Part shown: piece by piece, positions 1 to 9,580 of the stretch
Layout: each line of letters starts with the position of its first letter
Position numbering within the stretch: position 1 is the first letter of the stretch
From: Clostridiaceae bacterium
GTDB taxonomy: Bacteria; Bacillota; Clostridia; DSM-8532
DNA: 64,000 nt
Direction: 5' to 3'
Assembly: GCA_012522505.1 (NCBI GenBank)
Contig: JAAYKJ010000197.1
Span: forward strand, 44 to 64,043
The notes under the pieces: generated by a model
What the model saw: the letters and a program-made list of their open reading frames with translations, nothing else
Database searches by the model: none
Told to the model about the DNA's origin: nothing
Position numbers and translations under genes: made by a program

Positions 1-2279
1 AGTAAAGGGCATGTATCTTCGAGCATCATTCTGCTGCTGTTGAAAAGCGTTGTCCTTTTCAGGGCAGGATCGGTCTCGTATAAGAAATGTTTCCCAAGCC
101 GATCGATCAGATATCCGCTGGTGCGCTGGCAGGAACCACATTTTCCAACACAACTGCCCTGATCGCTTGAAGGACAGTATTCCATCAGCATTACCGGTAT
201 TTCCCCATAAACGTATACCTCCAGTGGTATTTCCGGTGACTTGATCTGTGTGATCGATTCCATGCTTAATTCAAGCGATAGTGTGACGCTCGCTGGTTCG
301 AATTCTTTTACGGTTTCTATTGCCAGAGAATTGAAGACATTCATCTGAAAATCTAAAACAACAGGGAGCCCGGGAAAGGCTTCCCGCATGCGATACAGAA
401 TACCCGGATTTCCCACCAGAATCCCATCAAGCTTCTTCTGGATCGAGCCCAGCCTGAGCACATATGCATCCATTTGTCGGTCTGACAACACAGAAGGTAA
501 CCACGCATATGCCTCTACCCCATGAGTCTTTGCCGTGTCAAACATCTCGGGCTCCGTTATGGGCAGATATACCCTCTCTGCACGAAGACCTTCCCAGTTG
601 AAGCTCTGGGGTGCCCTATAGAAATAGAGACTAATTCCCCGTTTCTTCGTCAGTTTCGGAGTATTTCCCGGGAAATGTTCCAAATCAAAATAATTCTGTG
701 TCGGATTCACCCTCTTATGGGAAGATTTTCGTCGATCCGATAGGAAATCGAGCGCTTGTCTGCGCAACCCGTTGATAACTGCAACAGGAATATAGGAGCG
801 GTTGTCGGTAATTATCTTAAGATCGTGGAAATAGTACGGCGTATCTGCTGTCTTCTTAAGCTGATCCGCTGCACGCTCGGAAGAAAATGCCTTTTTTTCG
901 GCTGCCTGAACCGAAGCTTCCCCTTCTACGCTGACCGTGTTACCATCCGAATCCCATACCTTCAGGGACGGTTTTTCTCCCACCATCAAGTAGAATTGTC
1001 CTGAAACAGGAACCCGCTGCGTTTGTTTATTGGTAAAGCCCGTTAAGAAGGTCATCAATTCTTTGTCATATGTTTTATATACCAGGCTTCCAGGCACCGG
1101 ATCCATTTTGAAATTGCCAACAAGAAGGCTGTCTCCGGGATAGGCGGTTTTGACATGGGTATTGCTCTTCATCATAACACTAACGATGGCGGAAGGGTTA
1201 CTGTTAACCGCATCTCTTATCTCAAGCCCGTCCCCCATGTGGGTTTGTGCCGAAAACTTTATCCGGGCTAACCGATCCCCGGCACTGCCTGAAAACCTGG
1301 ATCGTGTGTCCCCATCGGGATGTAAAACCTTCCCCACTGGAACACCCCAATGTTTTGGATGCTCGGTACTCATCAGAGAACGGAAATCTCTGCCCTGTAG
1401 ATAACCTGTTGTGAAACCGCCCCGGTTGAAGACCTGCTCAAGCATACGAATATCCTGTTGATCTACCCTATATTGAGTTGGATTTGACATCGCTAAATCC
1501 AGATACTTCCGATACACCATAACCGCCGCTGCCACATACTCGGGTGACTTCATCCTCCCCTCAATTTTCAATGAGGAAATTCCTGCTGAAATTAAGTCTG
1601 GCAGAAGTTCGAGTGTCATTAAATCTCTTGGGCTGAGCAGATAATCTCCGTGTAAACCAGCTTTGTCATTTTTCCAAGGGAGACGGCACGGCTGCGCACA
1701 ACGGCCACGGTTTCCACTCCTTCCGCCAATAAAGCTTGATAACAGGCATTGGCCAGACCGGGATATGCAAAGCGCACCATGAATAAAAACCTCAACCTGA
1801 ATGTCCGTTTTTTCAGTGATTTCCCTGATTTCTTCCACAGATAATTCCCTGGACAGGACGACACGACTGAGACCAAGTTTTTGGGCAGCCCTCACTCCAT
1901 CGATATTATGAATTGTCATTTGCGTAGAGGCATGAATCGGCATCTGCGGAACAATCTTTCTTAACAGGCTCACCAGACCCAGATCCTGAACAATAATGCC
2001 GTCAATGCCTTCCCGATAAGCAAAAGAAGCCATCATAGCGGCTTCCTGAATTTCATTTTCTCCTATAAGGGTGTTGAGCACCAGATACACTTTCATACCC
2101 TGTACATGCGCATCATCGATAGCTGTTATCAACTCGCCATCGCTGAAATTTTGTGCCTGAGCCCTCGCATTAAACCCTTTTGCACCAAGATAAACTGCAT
2201 CCGCCCCTGCCGCTGCCGCTGCTCTGAATGCATCAATACTTCCGGCGGGAGCCAACAGTTCAACAGGTTCTTTCGTCAT
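1..2279 (-). CDS. U32 family peptidase (collagenase-like), C-terminus cut off by the window edge
   Basis: Absent from the ORF track because there is no stop inside the window. The minus-strand frame is open from ATG at 2279 to position 1. My translation starts MTKEPVELLAPAGSIDAFRAAAAAGADAVYLGAKGFNARA and contains VFIHGALCISRSGQCLLSS and IEGRMKSPEYV, typical of U32 peptidases. Its start overlaps the stop of the upstream gene (ATGA). Confidence 0.85.
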   Translation of the reverse strand, partial: MTKEPVELLAPAGSIDAFRAAAAAGADAVYLGAKGFNARAQAQNFSDGELITAIDDAHVQGMKVYLVLNTLIGENEIQEAAMMASFAYREGIDGIIVQDLGLVSLLRKIVPQMPIHASTQMTIHNIDGVRAAQKLGLSRVVLSRELSVEEIREITEKTDIQVEVFIHGALCISRSGQCLLSSFIGGRSGNRGRCAQPCRLPWKNDKAGLHGDYLLSPRDLMTLELLPDLISAGISSLKIEGRMKSPEYVAAAVMVYRKYLDLAMSNPTQYRVDQQDIRMLEQVFNRGGFTTGYLQGRDFRSLMSTEHPKHWGVPVGKVLHPDGDTRSRFSGSAGDRLARIKFSAQTHMGDGLEIRDAVNSNPSAIVSVMMKSNTHVKTAYPGDSLLVGNFKMDPVPGSLVYKTYDKELMTFLTGFTNKQTQRVPVSGQFYLMVGEKPSLKVWDSDGNTVSVEGEASVQAAEKKAFSSERAADQLKKTADTPYYFHDLKIITDNRSYIPVAVINGLRRQALDFLSDRRKSSHKRVNPTQNYFDLEHFPGNTPKLTKKRGISLYFYRAPQSFNWEGLRAERVYLPITEPEMFDTAKTHGVEAYAWLPSVLSDRQMDAYVLRLGSIQKKLDGILVGNPGILYRMREAFPGLPVVLDFQMNVFNSLAIETVKEFEPASVTLSLELSMESITQIKSPEIPLEVYVYGEIPVMLMEYCPSSDQGSCVGKCGSCQRTSGYLIDRLGKHFLYETDPALKRTTLFNSSRMMLEDTCPL

Positions 2280-2908
2280 ATTCCCGCTCCCTGTTCGTTT
2301 TCACCTTTTTGTGTTCCCTCTGCAATATCAGGTTCCGGTGCTTGTCCAGAATCTTCCATATCCAGAGGGTTCTGTTTTGCCATTTCCTGCTCCGGGCTTT
2401 CTTGTTCTGGTGTTTCATCATTATCCGGAGTCTTTTTACCGCTGGTTTCGGTTACTTCCTCTTCTACCGTTTCAGCGGAAGGCTTATATCTATATTTGTA
2501 GACAATTTCCTTCTTCTTTCCATTTTTATCCTGAAATAATTTTCTAATCCAGTCAATCAAATCCATAATGTTTTTCGCTTTCACGAGAATATCCTTCTTT
2601 AGCAACTCCACAGCATCTTTAGCCGAATCAGAAATTTTCCCTACATTCCCCATTATCTTTTGGATACTTTCCATTTCATCCTTTAAGATGTCACTGACCC
2701 GGGTAACATTCTCGGTAATCTCCGGTAATTTTTCCAGCGTGCTGTCGATGTTTGCACGATTTTTGGCCAGTATCTTATTTGCATTTCGTAGAATCCCGAC
2801 TAAGTTCGCTATCGCCAGAATCAGGTAAAACATTACGCCGGAAGCCAAGAGGAAAAGGACAATCTTAATCAGGTCTCCCCATGTAACAGGAATCGATTCC
2901 ATATTCAT
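2276..2908 (-). CDS. DUF948-like membrane-anchored coiled-coil protein with an acidic C-terminal tail
   Basis: ORF track 210 aa. It has an N-terminal TM helix (IVLFLLASGVMFYLILAIANLV) and then a helical region resembling DUF948 stress proteins. GGAGG lies upstream; ATG at 2902 is the better-spaced start. Confidence 0.65.
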   Translation of the reverse strand: MNMESIPVTWGDLIKIVLFLLASGVMFYLILAIANLVGILRNANKILAKNRANIDSTLEKLPEITENVTRVSDILKDEMESIQKIMGNVGKISDSAKDAVELLKKDILVKAKNIMDLIDWIRKLFQDKNGKKKEIVYKYRYKPSAETVEEEVTETSGKKTPDNDETPEQESPEQEMAKQNPLDMEDSGQAPEPDIAEGTQKGENEQGAGI

Positions 2909-2931
2909 TCCTCCATTTATTCTTTCTTGAT

Positions 2932-3519
2932 CTATTTAATATTATGTAATCGTGTTTTGGGCGGATTGTCACCTGTAGCTTTTGAAAGTGCATTTCGCAC
3001 CTCTGTAAGCTCTGCTTCCCTACGGGTAAGCTCTAACAGGAGATGCTTGTTTTCTTCATTTGCTTTTTGGAGCTGTTGGTTGAGCAAAAGCTTATTCTGG
3101 TTTAATTCCTGAATGGCTTTATTGCTTTGTTCCAATTCATTTTGAAGGGCTTCGCATGATTCCGCCAACTTGAACTTTTCATCGGTGACATTGACGGCTG
3201 TCAAAACTGAGGCCAGGGATGTACTGAGGGTATGATTGGCTCGCATAATTTCTGCCATTTTTCTGTCAACATATAAGGCAACCTTTTGCATATATTCGGC
3301 TGATTCAACGCCACACAGGATATATTCGTTTCCTGCTATCTTAACTCTAAGTTTGTTTTTGTCGTCCAATTGTATCAACTCCTGTCTTTTGTACCCGCAA
3401 CGCAAGGCTATCCACGGCGTGACTGCCTTTCCCATATCAGTTGTAAAATCTGTTTCTGCTAAGTTCTGTTCAGTTAAATTATCGGTTGATTGGGCTGAAA
3501 ACTTGACGTTCACGACCAT
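2932..3519 (-). CDS. zapA: cell division protein ZapA (long clostridial form with coiled-coil tail)
   Basis: The core KIAGNEYILCGVESAEYMQKVALYVDRKMAEIMRANHTLSTSLASVLTAVNV matches the ZapA signature. The zapA-U32 peptidase neighbourhood is common in Clostridia. The exact start is uncertain. Confidence 0.7.
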   Translation of the reverse strand: MVVNVKFSAQSTDNLTEQNLAETDFTTDMGKAVTPWIALRCGYKRQELIQLDDKNKLRVKIAGNEYILCGVESAEYMQKVALYVDRKMAEIMRANHTLSTSLASVLTAVNVTDEKFKLAESCEALQNELEQSNKAIQELNQNKLLLNQQLQKANEENKHLLLELTRREAELTEVRNALSKATGDNPPKTRLHNIK

Positions 3520-3537
3520 CTCACTGCTTACTCATTC

Positions 3538-3565
3538 AGTATACCACATTCCAATTGAATGGCAA
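3538..3565 (-). promoter_or_regulatory. sigma-A type promoter candidate for zapA operon (TTGCCA-16-TATACT, TG-extended)
   Basis: Minus strand reads TTGCCAttcaattggaatgtggTATACT about 20 nt upstream of the zapA ORF. Confidence 0.35.
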
Positions 3566-3909
3566 ACAATAAGCTTACTCACATAATGATAAACATAAAA
3601 CTATAGGGATACATACGGCCAAGATATGAAAACGTGACCTTTGTCCGGAAGAATGTGACCATTTTCATCTTATCAACATGAAAATAATGCAATATACTAA
3701 ATTATATCATTACTCTTTATTTACCTTTACCTCCTTTTTTTTAATATAAATCTTTTTGTTCGGCCTCGGTTATCCTGAGGCTTTTCGTTTGTTTACGGGT
3801 TACCCTTCATGGAAGAATTGCACAAACATAAGGTAAATACAGCTCATCAGCAGCCCCGGTTTCATTCACGGAACAGGCCGCATCAAACGCTGACATACAT
3901 TTCTCTACC

Positions 3910-6057
3910 CTAAACCTCTTTCATTGACAGAGAGATTCTCTTTCGTACAGGATCGATATCCAAAACCTTTACGGTTACAATATCCCCTACCGCAACAACC
4001 TCCATTGGATTTTTTACAAACCTGTCAGCAAGCTGGGAAATATGCACCAGCCCATCCTGATGAACGCCGATATCCACAAAAGCCCCAAAGTCGGCTACAT
4101 TCCTGACCGTACCAGTTAGTACCATACCGGGCTTTATATCTTTCATCTCTAACACATCACGTTTCAGCAAAGGTGGGGGAAGCTCCTCCCTGGGGTCACG
4201 TCCTGGTTTTTTCAATTCGTCAAGAATATCCTTAAGGGTTGGCTCACCGATTTTCAGCTCATCTGCGAGGTTTTTCAAACCGGTTTTCTGAACAATTAAA
4301 TCAAGAAGTGCCAGGTTGTGCTTCCGTACATCATCGGGCGTATACCCTGCTTTATTTAGAAGGGTCTCACAAGCCGAATAGGATTCTGGATGCACTGCGG
4401 TATTGTCCAGTACATTATTTCCGTCTCTGATCCGCAAGAATCCGGCACATTGCTCAAAAGCCTTCGGCCCAAGCTTCGGCACTTTCTTTAACTGCTGCCG
4501 GTCTTTAAAAGACCCTTCCTTTTCACGGAAAGCAACGATGTTTTCAGCAAGTGCTGTACTGATACCCGAAACATATGACAAAAGAGACGGTGAAGCTGTG
4601 TTCAGATCAACGCCAACCCTGTTTACCGCATCCTCAACAACTCCACTCAGAGATTCCCCCAGGCGCTTCTGGTTCATGTCATGCTGGTATTGTCCAACAC
4701 CAATGGCTTTTGGGTCGATCTTTACCAGCTCGGCCAGTGGGTCCTGCAATCTTCTGGCAATGGACACAGCACTTCGCAAAGATACATCAAATTCAGGGAA
4801 CTCAGCGGCACCTAACTTCGATGCAGAGTAAACCGATGCACCAGCCTCGCTGACCACCATGTATTTAACATTCCTTTTAATTTCTTTAAGCATGTCAGCA
4901 ACAAAAATCTCTGATTCTCGGCTGGCTGTACCGTTACCGATGGATATCACATCCACTTTATACCGCTCGATAAGCTCCTTGAGCACCTTTTTTGCTTCTT
5001 CTATCCGGTTCTGCGGGGGTGTTGGGTAAACCACCGTAGTTGCAAGAACTTTACCCGTTTCATCTACAACGCAGATTTTACATCCGGTTCGGTATGCCGG
5101 ATCCAATCCCAAAACAACTTTGTTGTGAACCGGAGGCTGCATCAGCAGATTTTTCAGATTCTCTCTGAAAACAACCATGGCCTGTTCCTGGGCTTTTTCT
5201 GTTAATTCGTTCCTTATCTCACGCTCAACCGAGGGGTAGATCAGTCTCTTCCAGGCGTCTTCGATGGACAAGGCCAAATGCTTTCTTTTATTTTCATTTT
5301 GCTCAAGACCAAAATTGTTGAAAAGAAATGCAAGCACTTTATCCTCTGGTACAGACACAGTCACCTTTAAAAAATCTTCTTTTTCCCCGCGGTTAATTGC
5401 AAGAATTCTATGGCTGACAAGGGCATTCACCGGCTCATTATAGTCATAGTACATCCTGTATACCGAGTCTTCTTCCTTTTTTGCTTTAGTCTCAACAAGG
5501 CCATACCGGTGAAACAGCTTTCTGATTTCCTTTCTAAAATCTGCGTTATCCGATACTTCCTCAGCAATGATATCTCTGGCTCCACGCAATACATCCTCAA
5601 CAGTATTCAGTTCTTTGGACGGATCGATATAATTCAGCGCATCGGCTTCCAGGAGATGATCGGGTACAGGGCCCAACATTACTGCAGCAAGAGGTTCAAG
5701 GCCTTTCTCTTTGGCTATCATTGCCCTGGTCCTTCGTTTTGGCTTGTATGGTCGATAGATATCTTCTACTTCCTGAAGGGACACGGCTTTTTCTATCGCC
5801 GCTGAAAGCTCATCTGTCATCTTGCCCATATCTTCAATCAGCCGGGCTACATCACTTTTACGTGCCTCAAGATTTTTCAAATATTCATAACGCTCATTCA
5901 CTTCCCGAAGCACCTGGTCGTCCAGTGCTCCGGTCATTTCCTTACGATATCTTGCAATAAATGGGATGGTATTGCCTGCATCAATCAATTCAAGCGTATT
6001 TTTTATTTGTATTGGTTTCAATCCAAACTCTTTTTGTAAAACAGACTGAATATTCAC
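3910..6057 (-). CDS. tex: Tex-like transcription accessory protein (YqgF/HHH/S1 domains)
   Basis: ORF track 3910..6114. It has the IPFIARYRKE motif near the N-terminus and a C-terminal S1 domain (GMVLTGTVRNVADFGAFVDIGVHQDGLVHISQL). AGGAGG followed 7 nt later by GTG at 6057 is the likely true start. Confidence 0.9.
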   Translation of the reverse strand: MNIQSVLQKEFGLKPIQIKNTLELIDAGNTIPFIARYRKEMTGALDDQVLREVNERYEYLKNLEARKSDVARLIEDMGKMTDELSAAIEKAVSLQEVEDIYRPYKPKRRTRAMIAKEKGLEPLAAVMLGPVPDHLLEADALNYIDPSKELNTVEDVLRGARDIIAEEVSDNADFRKEIRKLFHRYGLVETKAKKEEDSVYRMYYDYNEPVNALVSHRILAINRGEKEDFLKVTVSVPEDKVLAFLFNNFGLEQNENKRKHLALSIEDAWKRLIYPSVEREIRNELTEKAQEQAMVVFRENLKNLLMQPPVHNKVVLGLDPAYRTGCKICVVDETGKVLATTVVYPTPPQNRIEEAKKVLKELIERYKVDVISIGNGTASRESEIFVADMLKEIKRNVKYMVVSEAGASVYSASKLGAAEFPEFDVSLRSAVSIARRLQDPLAELVKIDPKAIGVGQYQHDMNQKRLGESLSGVVEDAVNRVGVDLNTASPSLLSYVSGISTALAENIVAFREKEGSFKDRQQLKKVPKLGPKAFEQCAGFLRIRDGNNVLDNTAVHPESYSACETLLNKAGYTPDDVRKHNLALLDLIVQKTGLKNLADELKIGEPTLKDILDELKKPGRDPREELPPPLLKRDVLEMKDIKPGMVLTGTVRNVADFGAFVDIGVHQDGLVHISQLADRFVKNPMEVVAVGDIVTVKVLDIDPVRKRISLSMKEV

Positions 6058-6243
6058 TGTTATACCTCCTGATTGATATCTTCTTTCGCGGTGGATTTTT
6101 TGTGTGATATTCAAATTATCGATAACAGAAAGACAGCTGTCGGATATATCCCTTATCCTCCCACCTGTCTGTCATTATCTTGAACAATGCCGTTTAGAAA
6201 TGCCTTAGGGTAAGGGTTCATAAAATTCTGAACCCTATTTTTG

Positions 6244-6888
6244 TTATACTATCGTACAGTCAAAGACTTGTTTTTCAACCTTCTTTTTGACCCGCTGAAG
6301 CGCATTATCAACAGATTTGACAGATTTATTAAGCTTCTTGGCAATTTCCACATAAGACTTCCCATTCAAATACAGAGATAAAACCTCCCACTCAAAGGCA
6401 GACAATATCTCTCCCATTTTATCCTCGATCCCGTTGTATTCTTCTTTTTTGATCAATACCAGCTCGGGATCGGATATAACATCGATAGTCGCCAATTCTA
6501 CATATTTCCGATCTGAATCTTCTTCAAAAGCTTTTCTGTTCAGAGAAATATAAGAGTTTAGGGGGATGTGTTTCTGCCGTGTCGCATTCTTAACGGCAGT
6601 GATCATCTGTCTGGTAATGCAGAGCTCAGCGAAGGTTTTAAATGCCATGGCCTTGTCCTGCTGATAGTCCCGGATCGCTTTATATAGCCCAATCATACCT
6701 TCCTGAACAACATCTTCACGATCCGCACCAATAAGGAAATAAGCCCTGGCTTTTAATTTTACCAGATTCTTATATTTGTAGATGAGATAATCAGTCGCAT
6801 CCTTGTCCCCATTTCGGCCAAGTTGAACAATCTGCTCATCACTTAGATCCAGAAATCGATCCAACCTGTATTCCGGTATTGTCAACAC
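6244..6888 (-). CDS. sigH: sporulation-initiation RNA polymerase sigma factor SigH
   Basis: FLIGADREDVVQEGMIGLYKAIRDY and FAELCITRQMITAVKNATRQKHIPLNSYISLN are near-identical to B. subtilis SigH motifs. The ORF track starts at 6963, but AGGAGG-6nt-GTG at 6888 gives the canonical ~214 aa length. Confidence 0.9.
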   Translation of the reverse strand: MLTIPEYRLDRFLDLSDEQIVQLGRNGDKDATDYLIYKYKNLVKLKARAYFLIGADREDVVQEGMIGLYKAIRDYQQDKAMAFKTFAELCITRQMITAVKNATRQKHIPLNSYISLNRKAFEEDSDRKYVELATIDVISDPELVLIKKEEYNGIEDKMGEILSAFEWEVLSLYLNGKSYVEIAKKLNKSVKSVDNALQRVKKKVEKQVFDCTIV

Positions 6889-6981
6889 ACTTAGCCTCCT
6901 TGAATATTTGCTCCGGTCGTCCCTTTCCTTAACAAGTTTGACATTGCCAATGCAACCCGGCATCTATCGAAAAATTATATG

Positions 6982-7827
6982 TTATTGCGTTTGAGCTGTC
7001 AAGATCGTGGTTTTTTTCATCACCAGGTCTTTGGCTGTAATGTATATTTCCCGGATATTCAGCGCTGCAAACCGGTCCAGCTCTTGCCTGATTTCACTCT
7101 GTGCTTTTTGAATACAATCCACCAGATTATATCCGTAAACCATGATAACGTCCATATCCATCAAAAGCCCATCTTCGCTTTTATTGAGCCGAAAACGAAC
7201 AATTTTCTCCATCGCGTCCATTTTCATAATAATGTGATTCACGACCTGATATATTGCATAATCTGAAATTGTATATTTCCCATTGTAGCTGAAGGGAGGG
7301 CGAACAACGGACTTCTCTCCCATGTTCTGAAAATGGCCTTTTGCCTTCCGCTTAAAAATTTGAAGAGGGTCGAGAAAATAGCCTGAAAAATCTTTTTTCA
7401 GTTCAAGGCTTGGTACGGGGATCACGTGCTTCCCCTGCCCAGATCGGGTCTTGATTGCCTGCTGGATCTCGAACTCACTCGCTACATCCTGGATATATAC
7501 TCTCTCGCTAATATTTCCCAATTGAAGTGTCACAGCGATTTTTTCAACCATCCCCTCGGATGTTCCCAAAATCAGAATCGCTCCCGGTTTATGCTTTTGG
7601 ATTGCCTCTATAACTTGATTTCGGTGGTCCGGTTCACTAAATAAAGCCGTTTTTATAGATCCTATTTTGGTCGGTTCCTTTTTTGCAGACTTCCCGGCAA
7701 TTATACGGCTCTGGAATATTAACAAACCGTCATCGATTATATATTCTATATTTCTTTCCTTTGCCACCCATAACGCACGGTAGCTTTTCCCCGATCCACT
7801 AGGACCAATAAATCCAACAACGCGCAT
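6982..7827 (-). CDS. P-loop NTPase fused to an Asp23/alkaline-shock-like C-terminal domain
   Basis: Walker A GPSGSGKS follows directly after M at 7827 (RBS GGAGGG). The C-terminal ~110 aa are Asp23-like. The ORF-track start at 7935 adds 36 aa that are encoded by repeat copy A and are probably not translated. Confidence 0.7.
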   Translation of the reverse strand: MRVVGFIGPSGSGKSYRALWVAKERNIEYIIDDGLLIFQSRIIAGKSAKKEPTKIGSIKTALFSEPDHRNQVIEAIQKHKPGAILILGTSEGMVEKIAVTLQLGNISERVYIQDVASEFEIQQAIKTRSGQGKHVIPVPSLELKKDFSGYFLDPLQIFKRKAKGHFQNMGEKSVVRPPFSYNGKYTISDYAIYQVVNHIIMKMDAMEKIVRFRLNKSEDGLLMDMDVIMVYGYNLVDCIQKAQSEIRQELDRFAALNIREIYITAKDLVMKKTTILTAQTQ

Positions 7828-7849
7828 TTTATCCCTCCGTAAAACATCT

Positions 7850-7942
7850 CCCGCCGATACGTGTTTTTTAGCCTTCGTGGCAAAAAATACACTTCCTTTA
7901 TTCGTGGCCTTAAGGGCACGAGGCCTTAGGAGCATATGATAA
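7850..7942 (+). repeat. MITE-like dispersed repeat, copy A (right half only)
   Basis: CCCGCCGATACGTGTTTTTTAGCCTTCGTGGCAAAAAATACACTTCCTTTATTCGTGGCCTTAAGGGCACGAGGCCTTAGGAGCATATGATAA aligns along its whole length with the right halves of copies B, C and D. Confidence 0.8.
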
Positions 7943-8013
7943 TACTATCATTATATTACCCATATTCACCTGTGCAAAACCTTCTGCGAACTGTGCCATA
8001 CGCTGCGGCCAGT

Positions 8014-8046
8014 TAAAAAGCGGAGAAAACTTTCGTCTTCTCCGCC
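8014..8046 (-). terminator. rho-independent terminator downstream of the sugar ABC ATPase gene
   Basis: Stem GCGGAGAA/TTCTCCGC, with a T-run on the minus strand. Confidence 0.6.
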
Positions 8047-8084
8047 AAATCCATGTTTCATGATCATCTTCTATGATGCAACTA

Positions 8085-9197
8085 TTAATTTACGATGGTC
8101 TTTTCTGTTTCCTTGTCAAACAAGTGCATGCAGCCCATGTCAAAGGCAATCTTAATCTGGTCGCCTGGTTTCGTTGTGGATTTCGGATGAACCCTCGCTG
8201 TAAAGTTGATATTGTTGATAATCAGATACAGATAGGTTTCAGAACCGAGCATTTCAGTAACCTCGACCTTTGCATCCACAATCGCATTCGACCATTTTTC
8301 CAAGTTTTGCGGTTCGTCATGAGTATTTTCAGGACGGATACCAAAAACAACCTCTTTGCCAATATATCCTGATTTCTCAATAATTTTCGCCTTGTCGGGC
8401 GTAACTTCAATCTTGTCTTCCCCAAATTTCAGATATACCTTGTCGCCTTCTTTAATAACCATGACATTGGCGAAGTTCATCTGTGGGCTTCCGATAAACC
8501 CTGCAACAAACATATTCACAGGATTGTCATAGAGCTCTTGCGGGCTGTCAATCTGCTGGATGAAACCATCCTTCATAACCACAATTCTTGTACCCATTGT
8601 CAGAGCCTCTGTCTGGTCATGCGTAACATATATGAATGTGGTTTGCAGGTTTTGGTGCAGCTTGCTGATTTCGGTCCTCATCTGAACCCTCAGCTTTGCA
8701 TCCAAGTTGGAAAGTGGTTCGTCCATCAAGAATACTTTTGGCTCACGTACAATAGCACGCCCCAACGCAACACGCTGCCTTTGTCCACCGGACAAAGCCT
8801 TTGGTTTTCTGTCAAGCAAATGTTCAATATCAAGAACCCTTGCTGCTTCATGTACTCTTCTCTTTATTTCATCTTTCGGTGTTTTCCTCAGTTTAAGACC
8901 AAACGCCATGTTGTCGAACACTGTCATATGAGGGTACAAAGCATAGTTCTGGAAAACCATTGCGATGTCTCTATCCTTAGGAGCAACATCATTCATCAGC
9001 TTGTCCCCTATGTACAGCTCACCTTCTGTAATCTCTTCAAGACCTGCAATCATTCTGAGGGTTGTTGTTTTTCCACATCCAGACGGCCCAACAAGAATGA
9101 TAAACTCTTTGTCTTCAATATCGATAGAAAAATCACTTACTGCTGTAACTCCACCAGGGTAGGTTTTGAAGACGTTCGCTAATTTTACGCCAGCCAT
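8085..9197 (-). CDS. msmX: multiple-sugar ABC transporter ATP-binding protein (MsmX/MsmK/UgpC type)
   Basis: Walker A GPSGCGKTT, signature LSGGQRQRVALGRA, Walker B FLMDEPLSNLD, and a C-terminal MalK-like regulatory domain. Confidence 0.9.
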   Translation of the reverse strand: MAGVKLANVFKTYPGGVTAVSDFSIDIEDKEFIILVGPSGCGKTTTLRMIAGLEEITEGELYIGDKLMNDVAPKDRDIAMVFQNYALYPHMTVFDNMAFGLKLRKTPKDEIKRRVHEAARVLDIEHLLDRKPKALSGGQRQRVALGRAIVREPKVFLMDEPLSNLDAKLRVQMRTEISKLHQNLQTTFIYVTHDQTEALTMGTRIVVMKDGFIQQIDSPQELYDNPVNMFVAGFIGSPQMNFANVMVIKEGDKVYLKFGEDKIEVTPDKAKIIEKSGYIGKEVVFGIRPENTHDEPQNLEKWSNAIVDAKVEVTEMLGSETYLYLIINNINFTARVHPKSTTKPGDQIKIAFDMGCMHLFDKETEKTIVN

Positions 9198-9447
9198 TTA
9201 ATTCCCTCCTAATAAAATTGATTCTTATTTTTATCTGATAACAATACTTTAACATGATATGCGCAGGGTTACTACTATTTTTTTAACCAAAAAAAAATTT
9301 TTTCTTTTAGTGACTTTGCATAATATAATTGAGGATTTGAATATGATACCATCTTTGGCAGGTTTGAAACCCGGGCATTTCTTTTCGGTAAACAGCTGGA
9401 ACGTAGTCCGATATGGGTTCCAGATTTCCCTTTATCAAAATTCATGA

Positions 9448-9476
9448 TTGCATTTTTATACACTTGGATGTATAAT
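9448..9476 (+). promoter_or_regulatory. sigma-A promoter candidate for argB (TTGCAT-17-TATAAT)
   Basis: Near-consensus hexamers with a 17-nt spacer, about 100 nt upstream of the argB ATG. The leader contains nested pairings (TCCGGG...CCCGGA, CAGGAA...TTCCTG). Confidence 0.5.
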
Positions 9477-9580
9477 TATGAAAATGCGTCCGGGTGCAGG
9501 AAAACCATCATGATTCCTGGATCACCGCTGTAGGCGTGCTGATGCGATCATCCCGGATGTTGATGAAGTAGAGGTGAATT

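Noticed and set aside
6982-7935. The long ORF-track starts for the ATPase-Asp23 gene (7935), the MazG-like gene (20480), sigH (6963), tex (6114), the MetH-like gene (13549), the MCP (58998), ROK (56523), the second feoA (51192) and GH51 (63042)
   Set aside because: In each case an internal start with a proper Shine-Dalgarno sequence gives the family-typical N-terminus. The upstream extensions cross repeats, terminators or neighbouring genes.
9361-9445. A possible further repeat fragment upstream of argB (GGTTTGAAACCCGGGC ... TTTATCAAAATTC)
   Set aside because: Only about half of the aligned positions match the left module, and the TIR-like piece is in the wrong relative position and orientation. 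This is not distinguishable from chance by eye.
9430-9480. ArgR/AhrC ARG boxes overlapping the argB promoter
   Set aside because: No sequence fits TNTGAATWWWWATTCANW better than about half of the positions, and AT-richness alone explains the resemblance.
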